A stretch of 56,242 nt of DNA from Acidobacteriota bacterium (GCA_027295505.1 JAPUKU010000056.1:1-56242); one strand, 5' to 3'. Positions 26,242-35,255 are shown, counted from the stretch's first letter. Made by a program: numbers and translations. The notes: generated by a model from the sequence alone, not told the origin.

Positions 26242-27576
26242 ATGAACTACCTTGATCAAGAAAAGCAACGCTATGCAGAGAGAACTCCGCGCTCCCGGCA
26301 GCTGGCAGAGGCCGCCCGGGAGGTGCTTCCCTTGGGTGTGAGCAGCCACGTACGCGTCTTCGACCCCCATCCGCTGTTCATCGCGAGCGCAAAAGGCTCC
26401 CGCCTGAAGGACGTGGACGGAAACGAGTACATCGACTTCGGGATGTGTTTCGGAGCCGGCCTGGCGGGACATGCTCACCCGACCGTGACGCGAGCCGTCC
26501 GCGAACAGGCGGAGCGCGGCAGCCTGTACTGCCTGACCACCGAATCGGAGGTGGAGCTGGGGCGGGAGCTGAGGCGGCGATTCGGCCAGGACCAGTGGCG
26601 TCCCTGTAACTCGGGCGGTGAAGCCACCATGCACGCGCTGCGCATTGCCCGCGGCTACACTGGGAGGGACAAGATCGTCAAGTTCGAGGGCGCCTACCAT
26701 GGAGCCCATGACGCCGTCCTGGTCAGCATCAAGCCACCGGTGGGTCAGATCGGCCGGGCCGATAAGCCGCGTGCTGTCGCCAACTCCGCCGGTATCCCCA
26801 AGGGCACGCTGCAGAACACACTGGTGGCCGCTTTCAACGACCTGCGATCGGTCGAGCATCTGTTCGAATCAAATCTGAATCAGATCGCTGCCGTCATCGT
26901 CGAGCCGGTGATGCTCAACCTGTGCATCTGCATGCCCGAGGATGGGTTCCTGCAAAAGCTTCACGAACTCTGTCGCACCAACGGCGCCCTGCTGATTTTC
27001 GACGAGGTCAAGACCGGAACGAAGATTGCTCCCGGCGGAGCCAGCGAGTACTTCAAGATGAAGCCCGATCTCACCTGTGTCGCCAAATCGATCGGCGGAG
27101 GACTACCGCTCGCCGCCGTGGGCGCCAGTCACGAGATCATGAGCGTAGTGGCCGACCTCTCGGTCGTACACGCCGGGACATTTGCTGGAAACCCTCTTTC
27201 CGTGGCCGCCGGCCTTGCGACACTCAAGGAAGTCCTCACCCCTGAGGCAACCCAGAATGCCTTCAACCTCTGCCGCACTCTCACTAAGGGCTGTGACGAG
27301 ATCATCCGCAAGCACCGCCTGCAGGCCACCACAGTCCACATCGGCTCCATGGGGATGGTCATGTTCACCACCGAGCCAGTGCGCAACTTCAGGGAGTGGC
27401 TGAGGATTGATCAGACCCGCTGGCAGGAAATGCTCACCGGAATGCTGAACGTGGGCGTGCTGCCCTTTGCCATCGACAACGATGAGCAGTGGACGGTGTC
27501 CGTGCAGCACACCGAAGAGGACATCGACGCATTTCTGTCAGCTTTCGAGAAGATTGCGCCCAACCTGACGAGTTGA
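26242..27576 (+). CDS. Class III aminotransferase, glutamate-1-semialdehyde aminomutase-like
   Basis: DVDGNEYID, KFEGAYHG, FDEVKTG, AKSIGGGLP, HAGTFAGNP; SD GAGAGGA. Confidence 0.85.
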   Translation: MNYLDQEKQRYAERTPRSRQLAEAAREVLPLGVSSHVRVFDPHPLFIASAKGSRLKDVDGNEYIDFGMCFGAGLAGHAHPTVTRAVREQAERGSLYCLTTESEVELGRELRRRFGQDQWRPCNSGGEATMHALRIARGYTGRDKIVKFEGAYHGAHDAVLVSIKPPVGQIGRADKPRAVANSAGIPKGTLQNTLVAAFNDLRSVEHLFESNLNQIAAVIVEPVMLNLCICMPEDGFLQKLHELCRTNGALLIFDEVKTGTKIAPGGASEYFKMKPDLTCVAKSIGGGLPLAAVGASHEIMSVVADLSVVHAGTFAGNPLSVAAGLATLKEVLTPEATQNAFNLCRTLTKGCDEIIRKHRLQATTVHIGSMGMVMFTTEPVRNFREWLRIDQTRWQEMLTGMLNVGVLPFAIDNDEQWTVSVQHTEEDIDAFLSAFEKIAPNLTS

Positions 27577-27578
27577 GA

Positions 27579-28154
27579 TTAGTCGTCGCCGACAAGCAGG
27601 GACGTTACATCCCTGCGGATCTGCTCTGCATCGAGCGGTCCGGCAATGCAGCGGTTGGCACCGTGCCGTATGAATTCGTCAGCCAGCGCGGCGTTTGGCT
27701 CAGAGGTCACCGCGATGATCTTCGTGTGCCGCGTATCGGGCCTGGCACGTATCCGCCTGCAGGCATCCGCCCCTTCGCCCCCCGGCATGAGAACGTCCAG
27801 GATGATCAGATCCGGCGCAAACTCCGCCACCTTGACCCCGGCTTCGAAACTGCTGGAGGCCGTTTCCACGTCACAAGGGGGGTCCATCTGGCGCAGGCCC
27901 TGGGCGAGTGCATCAACCACGGCTGGCTCGTCGTCGACGATCAGGATGCGATTGCGTCTCGGAGCGGTACGCAAGCGCCTGCCGCTCTGCTGGGCCGAGA
28001 TGAAGGCCTCCAGATCCTCCCGGCTGATCCGACGGTGCCCACCCACCGTTCGGTATGCCTTCAGGTAGCCCGCGTCAATCCAGTTGCTCACTGTCTTGGG
28101 AGCGACGTTCAGATAACGGCTGGCCTCAAAGGTGGTGAGGACGTCCTTTTTCAC
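27579..28154 (-). CDS. Response regulator with N-terminal excisionase-type (HTH_17) DNA-binding domain
   Basis: LTTFEASRYL..TVSNWID..RTVGGHRRI; ILIVDDE...IILDVLMP; GGAGG SD before GTG 28154. Confidence 0.85.
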   Translation of the reverse strand: MKKDVLTTFEASRYLNVAPKTVSNWIDAGYLKAYRTVGGHRRISREDLEAFISAQQSGRRLRTAPRRNRILIVDDEPAVVDALAQGLRQMDPPCDVETASSSFEAGVKVAEFAPDLIILDVLMPGGEGADACRRIRARPDTRHTKIIAVTSEPNAALADEFIRHGANRCIAGPLDAEQIRRDVTSLLVGDD

Positions 28155-28202
28155 CCTTCCTCCACTAAATTCTCTAGTAGTTCGATTATGTAGGTTTTTT
28201 CG

Positions 28203-28231
28203 ACTGTATACAGTTCGAATGATCGTGTCAA
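28203..28231 (-). promoter_or_regulatory. sigma70-type promoter overlapping the palindrome ACTGTATACAGT
   Basis: TTGACA-N17-TACAGT; perfect 12-bp palindrome at 28203-28214. Confidence 0.55.
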
Positions 28232-28284
28232 GCTTGGGGCTATCCGATTGCCCCCTCTTCCAGCGCTCTGGTATTATCGCGCAC

Positions 28285-29133
28285 ATGGCGATTGCGGCCG
28301 CGGACAATTGGAAGGCCTGGAAGAAGAATGCCGGCCTCGTGGGCCGGGAGAAGGAGAGCCGGTTAGCGCTGGCGGTCCTGCAAGCTCAGCGCCATCTCCT
28401 TCTTGAAGGCCCTGTTGGCGTGGGGAAGACGTTTCTGGCCCACTGCCTGGCCCGCTACCTTGGCCGCAGTCTGTACCGCGTGGACGGCGACGAGCGATAT
28501 AGCGAGCAAAAGCTTACTGGCTGGTTCGACCCTCCGATGACCCTCAAAGTCGGCTACGTCCAGGATGCCTTCCGCCAGGGCCCTCTGGTTGCCGCCATGA
28601 AGGAAGGGGGCATCCTCTTCATCAACGAGCTTAATCGGATGCCGGAGTCGGTCCAGAATGTGCTCCTGCCAGCACTTGACGAGCGCCTGATCGATATTCC
28701 CCACCTCGGCCAGCTCCGGGCACAGGGGCCGTTCCAGGTGATCGCGACTCAGAATCCCCATGAGTTCGTAGCCACCAGTCACCTCAGTGAGGCCCTCAAG
28801 GACCGCTTCGAATGGGTGGCGCTCGATTATCAATCCCGCGAAGAGGAGATCCGCATCGTTCAGGGCCAGACCGGCGTGGCGGACGAGAGACTCATTTGCG
28901 GCGCCGTGGACCTGGCCCGCGCCACACGAACCGACGCGCGCGTGCGACGCGGGGCGAGCGTGCGCGCCGCCATCAGCATCGTGGACATCGCTTCCGCCCT
29001 GGGCGGGGTCGATCACCTGGAGGAGGCGGCCCGGGTGGCCCTACCGACACGCATCCAACTTCGCGAGGAACACCAGGACTCGACCGGTGATCTGATCCAG
29101 GAGCTGGCGGGCAGCGAAAAAAAAAACGGCTGA
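28285..29133 (+). CDS. MoxR-family AAA+ ATPase
   Basis: LLLEGPVGVGKT, FINELNR, ATQNP, ALKDRF. Confidence 0.88.
   Translation: MAIAAADNWKAWKKNAGLVGREKESRLALAVLQAQRHLLLEGPVGVGKTFLAHCLARYLGRSLYRVDGDERYSEQKLTGWFDPPMTLKVGYVQDAFRQGPLVAAMKEGGILFINELNRMPESVQNVLLPALDERLIDIPHLGQLRAQGPFQVIATQNPHEFVATSHLSEALKDRFEWVALDYQSREEEIRIVQGQTGVADERLICGAVDLARATRTDARVRRGASVRAAISIVDIASALGGVDHLEEAARVALPTRIQLREEHQDSTGDLIQELAGSEKKNG
29117..29126 (+). other. A10 homopolymer, candidate slippage/frameshift site joining the AAA+ and vWA frames
   Basis: GAAAAAAAAAAC just before the AAA stop; the +1 frame is open from 29096 to 30055. Confidence 0.6.
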
Positions 29134-29209
29134 GCACTCTGCCCAGGACCACCGATCCCCGCCTTCCACGCAGACCCACCCTCCGCTGACGCTCAATGAG
29201 ATCGAGGAG

Positions 29210-30055
29210 GTGACAGCCGGCACCGGTCTGGCTGCAGGAGGCGGCTCCTCCAGCTCCCAGACGGAATCGGTCGCCTGGCGGGTAGCCTGCCGTTACCACC
29301 AGATCCGCCGCCAGGTACCAAACCACAGACGCCGAAAGCTGTTACGGCAGCTGGCGGTACGGGGTGTGCTGGAGAAAGCTCGCGCCATCCTGGGTGCAGC
29401 CAAACGCCGTGCCCGCCTCGTGTCGCAGACTTATCGCGAGGGGGATGCCGGGGAACTCGACCTCGAGGCCACCCTGGAACGCTGGGGCGGCCGGGGCTGG
29501 CCACGGCCGGAGGATCTTGTGGTACGCCGCCGGGAGGAGAAGCGTCTCGACTGCGCCCTCATGGTCGACACCAGCCTGTCGATGGAGGGCAAGAACATTG
29601 CTCTGGCCAGCACCGCCGCCGCGGTGCTGGCCATGCGCCTCAATCCACTGGACGTTTCCGTGATCCTGTTCGAGAACCGTGCCTCGGTTGCGAAGCCTCT
29701 CGGTATGCGCCTGTCTCTGGAGCAGATCGTCGCCCGGATTCTGGACGTGCCGGCCACCGGCTACACGAACATCCACGATGCGCTGCGCTGTGGAGCCCAG
29801 CAGCTCTCCCGCTCCCAGCGCCGCCAGCAGTGCGGCATCCTGATCACGGACGGCAAGTACACGGTCGGGGGGCCTCCCTTGCCTCTCGCGAGCCGCTTCA
29901 GCCACCTGCACGTCCTCATGACCGAGGATTACAGCAACGACCCCCAGCTCTGCCGCAGCATGGCCCTGGCCGGCCATGGTCAGATGCTACCCGTCCGGCG
30001 GTATGAGGATCTCCCGCGTCGCATTGAGCGCCTGCTGGTCGAGATAATGCGCTGA
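29210..30055 (+). CDS. von Willebrand factor A (vWA) domain protein, possibly the C-terminal half of a frameshift fusion
   Basis: LDLEATL, MIDAS DTSLSM, GYTNI, ILITDG. Confidence 0.82.
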   Translation: MTAGTGLAAGGGSSSSQTESVAWRVACRYHQIRRQVPNHRRRKLLRQLAVRGVLEKARAILGAAKRRARLVSQTYREGDAGELDLEATLERWGGRGWPRPEDLVVRRREEKRLDCALMVDTSLSMEGKNIALASTAAAVLAMRLNPLDVSVILFENRASVAKPLGMRLSLEQIVARILDVPATGYTNIHDALRCGAQQLSRSQRRQQCGILITDGKYTVGGPPLPLASRFSHLHVLMTEDYSNDPQLCRSMALAGHGQMLPVRRYEDLPRRIERLLVEIMR

Positions 30056-30128
30056 AGGAGAGGAGGCGTTGGGCCTGATGGCCCAACGCCTTTTGCTTAG
30101 GAGGAGGTATGAGAAGACGTACCTGTCT
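30054..30128 (-). ncRNA. Candidate sigma54-dependent sRNA with anti-SD seed (CCUCCUCC)
   Basis: Lies between a consensus sigma54 promoter and a terminator; short 5' hairpin, unpaired AUACCUCCUCCUAAG, no downstream minus-strand gene. Confidence 0.55.
30064..30094. terminator. Strong, probably bidirectional intrinsic terminator
   Basis: AGGCGTTGGGCC-tgat-GGCCCAACGCCT 12-bp stem; T-run on the plus strand, pyrimidine tail on the minus strand. Confidence 0.75.
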
Positions 30129-30137
30129 TCTCTCTAG

Positions 30138-30153
30138 AGCAAGGTGTGTGCCA
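30138..30153 (-). promoter_or_regulatory. sigma54 (-24/-12) promoter
   Basis: TGGCAC-ACACC-TTGCT on the minus strand; IHF-like TTTCAA-TAAG-TTA at 30181-30193. Confidence 0.7.
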
Positions 30154-30215
30154 ATCCGCTACTATGGTTAACCCAATTATTTTCAATAAGTTATCCAATT
30201 CACGTGGTGTGTGTC

Positions 30216-30234
30216 TGTGACACTCTGTGTCACA
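30216..30234. promoter_or_regulatory. Inverted repeat, candidate enhancer (bEBP) binding site
   Basis: TGTGACAC-tct-GTGTCACA, about 90-105 bp upstream of the predicted sigma54 transcription start. Confidence 0.5.
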
Positions 30235-30260
30235 ACCATGCAAAACATGTCATTATTTTG

Positions 30261-32204
30261 TCAGGAGACCGGCTCGGGCTCCAGCACAGGCTTGACGTCC
30301 GGCTGCAGTACCGCTGAGAGCGTGTCGAGGAGTTTTTCGATCTCGAACGGCTTCGAGAGGACGGGTTGTTTGGTGGTCTCGAGGAACTGGCGCGTCTCCT
30401 CGTCGACGGTGTCGCCCGTGGAGAACACCACGCGCTCGGCGAGATAGGGAAAGTCACGGCACACTGTGTCGTAAAGGGCCCGCCCGTTCATGTGGGGCAT
30501 CTTGAGGTCGAGCAGCAGCGCGTCGTACTTGCCGTTGCGGAGCTTGCCCAGCGCCTCCAAGCCGTTTCCGGCCGTATCAGCACGAAAGCTGCTCTCGGTA
30601 AGAAGATCGACCATGAGGTCCAGAATGACCGGCTCATCATCTACCACCAGGATGCGCGGCATCTTGCGGCGGCTCCCGGATTCGGTCTCGCCCGATGCGG
30701 AGGACTCCGCGGCGACCATGGGCAAATCAATGGTGACGACCACTCCGCCATCGCGTCCGTTCTCAATGCGCAGCTCGCCCGCATGGTCACTCACCACGCT
30801 GTAGGAGATGCTCAAGCCGAGCCCCATGCCTTTGCCGACCTCACGCCTCGTGAAGAACGGTTCCATCACCTTGTCGATGATGTCGGCTGGGATCCCCCCC
30901 CCTGTATCCTCAAAAGTAACGAGAATGCGCCCATCCCGGCCCGAGGTCCGGACCGTGAGGGTCTTGTCCGAGCTCTCCAGCATGGCGTGGTGTGCGTTGT
31001 TGATGATGTTCATGAAAACCTGCCGCATCTGATCGTAATCCACCATGGTGAGCGGCAACTTCGGGTCCAGCTCGGTGACGACCTTGATGTCGTCTAGATT
31101 GAGCTGAAACGACATGACATTGAGGACTTTGGTGAGGATGCCGTTCAGACCCAGGTAGCGCTTGACCGGTTTGTGCTGGCGACCGAAGATAATCAGGTTC
31201 TGGATGATCTTCTGGCAGCGGCAGGCCTGGGAGTAGATGCGCTCCAGCTGACGCTTGAGCTTTGTTTCCGGGCTGCGCCCCAGCAAGAGCTGTGAATAAC
31301 CGATCACTCCAGTAAGGGGGTTGTTGAGCTCGTGAGCCACTCCGGCCACCAGCCGCCCCAGCGAAGAGAGCTTTTCGTTCTGCACGAGCTGCATCTGGAG
31401 ACGCTGGTGCTCCTTCTCAGCCTCACACCGGTCTGTACGGTCCTCGACCAGGAACACTAGCCCGCCCCCCTGGTCCGGGCGCCGCAGGCTGCTGGCCCGG
31501 ATCTCGAGAATACGGCCCCCTTCCCGCACCTCCAGTGAATGCTTGGCGTTGGCGTCTGCCCGTAGCTCCAGGACCAGTCTGGAAATCTGTTCCTCTGATT
31601 CGGGGAAGCATTCGGTGATCGAACGGTTCAGAAGTTCCCAGGTGTGGCGGCCCAGAGCCTTGGCAAAAGCCTCGTTGCAGTAGACCACAAAGTCATTGGC
31701 GTTGATCTCAACCGCTCCTTCGGAGAGCGACTCCAGGATCGAGTTCCGATCGCTCAGCTCCTCAAGCAGTTCCTTGACGACCTCACGGCGGTGCATGTCT
31801 CGAAATCCCGACAGGTAAAGCTCAGGCTCGTCGCGCTGGATCCACTCGATGCTCTCGTCTACCCCCTTGAGTATCTTCTCGGCCTGCATCTTGGCCACAA
31901 AGGCGCGCGCCCCCAACCTGCGCAGGTTTCCGATCTCCTCGAGCAGGATTCCGGAGACAATGACGATGGCGATGGAGCGCAGTTTTTCGTGGCTTTGCAG
32001 GTAACTACAGACCTGCATGCCATCGATGGCCGGCATAATCAGATCCAGGATGATCAGATCGGGACGATCTTCCTCCACCTCGCGGAGTGCCTGCTCACCG
32101 CTGCAGGCCTCCTTGACATCGAACCCCTTGTCGCGCAGGTGATCGCCCATGAGGCGAGTGTAGAAATGGTTGTTGTCGACGACAAGTATTTTTGATACAT
32201 CCAT
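30261..32204 (-). CDS. Hybrid sensor histidine kinase (REC-PAS-HisKA-HATPase-REC)
   Basis: Two receiver domains, VAHELNNPL H-box, QVFMNIINNA, DTGGG, GMGLGL. Confidence 0.92.
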   Translation of the reverse strand: MDVSKILVVDNNHFYTRLMGDHLRDKGFDVKEACSGEQALREVEEDRPDLIILDLIMPAIDGMQVCSYLQSHEKLRSIAIVIVSGILLEEIGNLRRLGARAFVAKMQAEKILKGVDESIEWIQRDEPELYLSGFRDMHRREVVKELLEELSDRNSILESLSEGAVEINANDFVVYCNEAFAKALGRHTWELLNRSITECFPESEEQISRLVLELRADANAKHSLEVREGGRILEIRASSLRRPDQGGGLVFLVEDRTDRCEAEKEHQRLQMQLVQNEKLSSLGRLVAGVAHELNNPLTGVIGYSQLLLGRSPETKLKRQLERIYSQACRCQKIIQNLIIFGRQHKPVKRYLGLNGILTKVLNVMSFQLNLDDIKVVTELDPKLPLTMVDYDQMRQVFMNIINNAHHAMLESSDKTLTVRTSGRDGRILVTFEDTGGGIPADIIDKVMEPFFTRREVGKGMGLGLSISYSVVSDHAGELRIENGRDGGVVVTIDLPMVAAESSASGETESGSRRKMPRILVVDDEPVILDLMVDLLTESSFRADTAGNGLEALGKLRNGKYDALLLDLKMPHMNGRALYDTVCRDFPYLAERVVFSTGDTVDEETRQFLETTKQPVLSKPFEIEKLLDTLSAVLQPDVKPVLEPEPVS

Positions 32205-32314
32205 GGGACAGTTACCCCCACGGACCAACATAGCCTGTGCTCTACCCAAGTCAAATTAGGAATTGGGCATTGACGCCGACCCTCCGGCACCGTAACATTT
32301 TTGACACCCACGCC

Positions 32315-33319
32315 ATGATCAGGATTCATTCAACGCATGCCCGGATTTCAAGCCTGCCCGGCAACCTGTTGCTCCGCTCCCTGGCAGGCATGGCGCTCTG
32401 TGCACTCTCAGTGCATTCAGCTCCGGCCGCTGAGTCTCAGACCGCACCGGCTGCCGGCACCCGGAGCGAGATGCTCGAGGAGCTCACACCGGAAGCTCGC
32501 AAGCGGGCCGCGGCAGTCCTCGAGGCCAGCCCCTGCCTGTGCGGGTGCCGTCTCGACTTGGCGGTCTGTGCTCTGGAGCACCCCGACTGTAGCCGCAGTT
32601 CGAGCATTGGCAAGAACATGGCGCGGCTGGCTGCGGAGGGCGCATCGGAAGAGGATCTCAAGGCATATGTCCGCACACAGCCGATCCTGCCGCGCCCCCG
32701 CCTACCTTCCACGAACCGGCAGGTCGGTCAGTCTGCTTCCTCTGTTCTCGAGGCGACCGAGCACACGTTTACAATCGACAGCTCCGCCTTCACCGGCCCG
32801 GTGAACGCGCCCGTGACGATCATCGAGTTCTCAGACTTCCAGTGCGGGTTCTGCGCCAAGAGCCAGCAACTGCTGAAGACAGTACTGGCCCGCTACCCTG
32901 AGCAGGTCCGCCTGGTCTACAAGCACTTCCCTCTTCCTTCACATGAGCAGGCCCGCGGCGCCGCCATGGCGGCCATGGCAGCTCAGGCGCAGGACCAGTT
33001 CTGGGCCATGCACGACCTGTTGTTCGCCAATCGAACGCAGCTGGATCAGGCGGCGTTCCTTCGCTTCGCCTCCCAGCTGCAGCTCGATATGGATCGATTC
33101 GAGCAGGACTTACAGAACCCGGCTTTCATGGCGCGGGTCAACGAGGATATTGTGGAGGGGCGCTCGGCCCGGCTGCCGGGCACGCCCAGCTTCTACGTCA
33201 ACGGCCGCAAGCTGCAAAGTAATTCAATGGTGGGATTCCAGCAAGCGATTGCGGAAGCACTGCGCGATGTCGAGGTCGGTAAAGCCCTGCACGGCTGGTG
33301 CCCCGTGCCTTCACGGTGA
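32315..33319 (+). CDS. DsbA-family thioredoxin-fold protein with Cys-rich N-terminal domain
   Basis: EFSDFQCGFC, YKHFPL, FWAMHD, GTPSFYVNG; N-terminal CLCGC..C..C; promoter TTGACG-N17-TAACAT at 32270-32298. Confidence 0.82.
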   Translation: MIRIHSTHARISSLPGNLLLRSLAGMALCALSVHSAPAAESQTAPAAGTRSEMLEELTPEARKRAAAVLEASPCLCGCRLDLAVCALEHPDCSRSSSIGKNMARLAAEGASEEDLKAYVRTQPILPRPRLPSTNRQVGQSASSVLEATEHTFTIDSSAFTGPVNAPVTIIEFSDFQCGFCAKSQQLLKTVLARYPEQVRLVYKHFPLPSHEQARGAAMAAMAAQAQDQFWAMHDLLFANRTQLDQAAFLRFASQLQLDMDRFEQDLQNPAFMARVNEDIVEGRSARLPGTPSFYVNGRKLQSNSMVGFQQAIAEALRDVEVGKALHGWCPVPSR

Positions 33320-33348
33320 AGCCAATCCCGGCCGCCCACTTCGAGGTT

Positions 33349-33621
33349 TCAATCGGCCATTTCGAGGAGCGCCTCGAGGACTTTCTCTACGTTTTCTGAG
33401 GTAACGTCGGCGGAGTGCAGACCCAGATCCAGAAGCTCCTGACGGAGCCCCTCGGCGGTGACGGTGATGCTGCTCTCCTCCACGAAGGCCTTGTCGCGTG
33501 CATGGTTCAGGAGCAGCGCTGCAACCGTTTCCATCACATCATGCAGAACTTCGGTTCTCAGACCGGTCTCGAGACGCAGGCGCTCGATGGCTCTCTGTAG
33601 ATTCTGCGCGTCCTGGTTCAT
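33349..33621 (-). CDS. Hypothetical acidic helical protein (about 90 aa; start uncertain)
   Basis: Coding-like codon usage; fills the gap between the DsbA and membrane-protein genes. Confidence 0.55.
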   Translation of the reverse strand: MNQDAQNLQRAIERLRLETGLRTEVLHDVMETVAALLLNHARDKAFVEESSITVTAEGLRQELLDLGLHSADVTSENVEKVLEALLEMAD

Positions 33622-33803
33622 GCGGGAAACGGCTCCACCGGCTGTTCCGGAAGTGACCGCCTCCAATATCTTGTTCCCTGCGACAGGGGTCAAGCGCAGT
33701 TCCCAGAAAAATCCGCCGTCATTTGAGGGGCTTGACACACCGACCGGAGGATTTATATTTGCGGCGCGGACGGGATAGGCCCGAGTGCCCGGCCGCTTTT
33801 TTC

Positions 33804-34550
33804 ATGCCACCCACCGACGAAATCTACTACATCGATGCGGATCTCACGACCGCACCGCCGACGGGGACGGAGAAGTATCAGACCCCGAGGCCTGGATCCA
33901 GGCAGGGCCGCTCCCGCCTGGGCGACGCCACCGTCGTGCCGACGGGGGGAAAGCGACCGGCCCTTGCCGCGAGCCTCTCGTTGTTTCTGTGCGGTGCCGG
34001 CCAGCTGCTCAACGGGCGGCGTGATCTTGCCCTGCTTTACTTTCTGACCGAAGTGCTGTTCATCGCGGCAAACTGGTTCCTGTGGAACATGTGGAGCTCC
34101 GTGGTGAAGACGGTCGGCCTTTTCAGCATTCGACCCACCGATGTCATGCTGGTGGCCACTGCCGGAAATTTCCTGTTTCTGATGTTCATGGTCTTCAACG
34201 TGTTCCAGGCCCACAAGGACGCCTCGGGTGGAGGACAGGCGGAATCCTGCCAGCCCTGGATCTCGACGCCGGCATCCATTCTGGTGCCCGGATGGGGCCA
34301 GATCCTCAACGGTGAACGCGGCAAGGGAGCGCTGCTCCTGGGGACGTTTCTGGCGGCGCTCTATGCTTTCGGATTGTCGTGGTTGCACAAGCCCTTGTGG
34401 AAGCTCTGGGACTCCAGCTATCAGATGATCTTCGGGTTCGAGCTCACGATTGGAGGGTTGATCGCTCTTTCGGTCGCCCTGGTGGCGTACATCTACGCCT
34501 TCTACGACGCCCTGCTCGTTTCCCGGCGGCAGCGGACGGGCGGACTGTAA
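33804..34550 (+). CDS. Membrane protein with two TM2-like repeats
   Basis: SLFLCGAGQLLNG and SILVPGWGQILNG repeats with hydrophobic helices. Confidence 0.7.
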   Translation: MPPTDEIYYIDADLTTAPPTGTEKYQTPRPGSRQGRSRLGDATVVPTGGKRPALAASLSLFLCGAGQLLNGRRDLALLYFLTEVLFIAANWFLWNMWSSVVKTVGLFSIRPTDVMLVATAGNFLFLMFMVFNVFQAHKDASGGGQAESCQPWISTPASILVPGWGQILNGERGKGALLLGTFLAALYAFGLSWLHKPLWKLWDSSYQMIFGFELTIGGLIALSVALVAYIYAFYDALLVSRRQRTGGL

Positions 34551-34556
34551 TTCTAC

Positions 34557-35255
34557 TCAGTACCCTGAAGGGGACTCTGGAGGCAGTGAATCCCGATGGC
34601 TCCGCGCCTCCAGTGATGGCAGGTCGTCTTCCGCCGACTCTCCGGCCGGGTCCTTCTGTATGGGGGTATTCTCACTTTCGGGGTTCGTGAGGATCAGCTC
34701 CAGGTTCCGCATTTTCTCCTTCAGAACGGCAATCTGGAAGTTCTTCTCCTCCATCTCGATCTCCGCCTCCCGGAGGTGGCGCGTCAGAAAATCAACTTCC
34801 TTGATGATGCGGCGCTTGAGATCGTGGATCTCGTGGTTCTTGTGCTTGATTTCCGAGTTCTTGAGGTCGATCTCTGCCTTGAAGTCGAGCAGCTTCTGGC
34901 CGCTGGCGCGGATCATTCCGAACTGTACGAGCAGCTGCTCATGCTTCATCATCAATTCGTTGTAAACGCTTACATGAACGAAATTGCGCAGGTGTTGATC
35001 CAGAGCCTCCGCTGACTCCATGCGGGCGATTACACGCCGGCTTTCGCGCACCGGTACCATCTCGGTGCGTACCGCTGCTGGCGGCTCCGCGGCGCTGCGC
35101 AACAGGTCCAGATCCTTTTCCTCGATCCGGTACTCCTCGCCAAATTTTCCTTCCACCTTGGCCGCTTTGATGCGTCCCTGCTTGATATAGCGGCGAACCG
35201 TCGCAGGGTGGAGTTTCACCCGGCGCGCAACTTCTCTGATTGTCAGGGGTTCCAT
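34557..35255 (-). CDS. HTH_17/MerR-like DNA-binding protein with long coiled coil
   Basis: LTIREVARRVKLHPATVRRYIKQG..YRI; heptad-rich C-terminal half. Confidence 0.8.
   Translation of the reverse strand: MEPLTIREVARRVKLHPATVRRYIKQGRIKAAKVEGKFGEEYRIEEKDLDLLRSAAEPPAAVRTEMVPVRESRRVIARMESAEALDQHLRNFVHVSVYNELMMKHEQLLVQFGMIRASGQKLLDFKAEIDLKNSEIKHKNHEIHDLKRRIIKEVDFLTRHLREAEIEMEEKNFQIAVLKEKMRNLELILTNPESENTPIQKDPAGESAEDDLPSLEARSHRDSLPPESPSGY

Noticed and set aside
30109-30171. Plus-strand 20-aa ORF MRRRTCLLSRARCVPIRYYG after AGGAGGAGGT
   Set aside because: It lies just downstream of a strong plus-strand terminator with no promoter, SD spacing is short, and it is better explained as the complement of the sRNA seed. 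Not fully excluded.
27579-35255. Excisionase-like HTH genes as a sign of a prophage or ICE
   Set aside because: No integrase, att site or phage genes were seen; both are regulator fusions.
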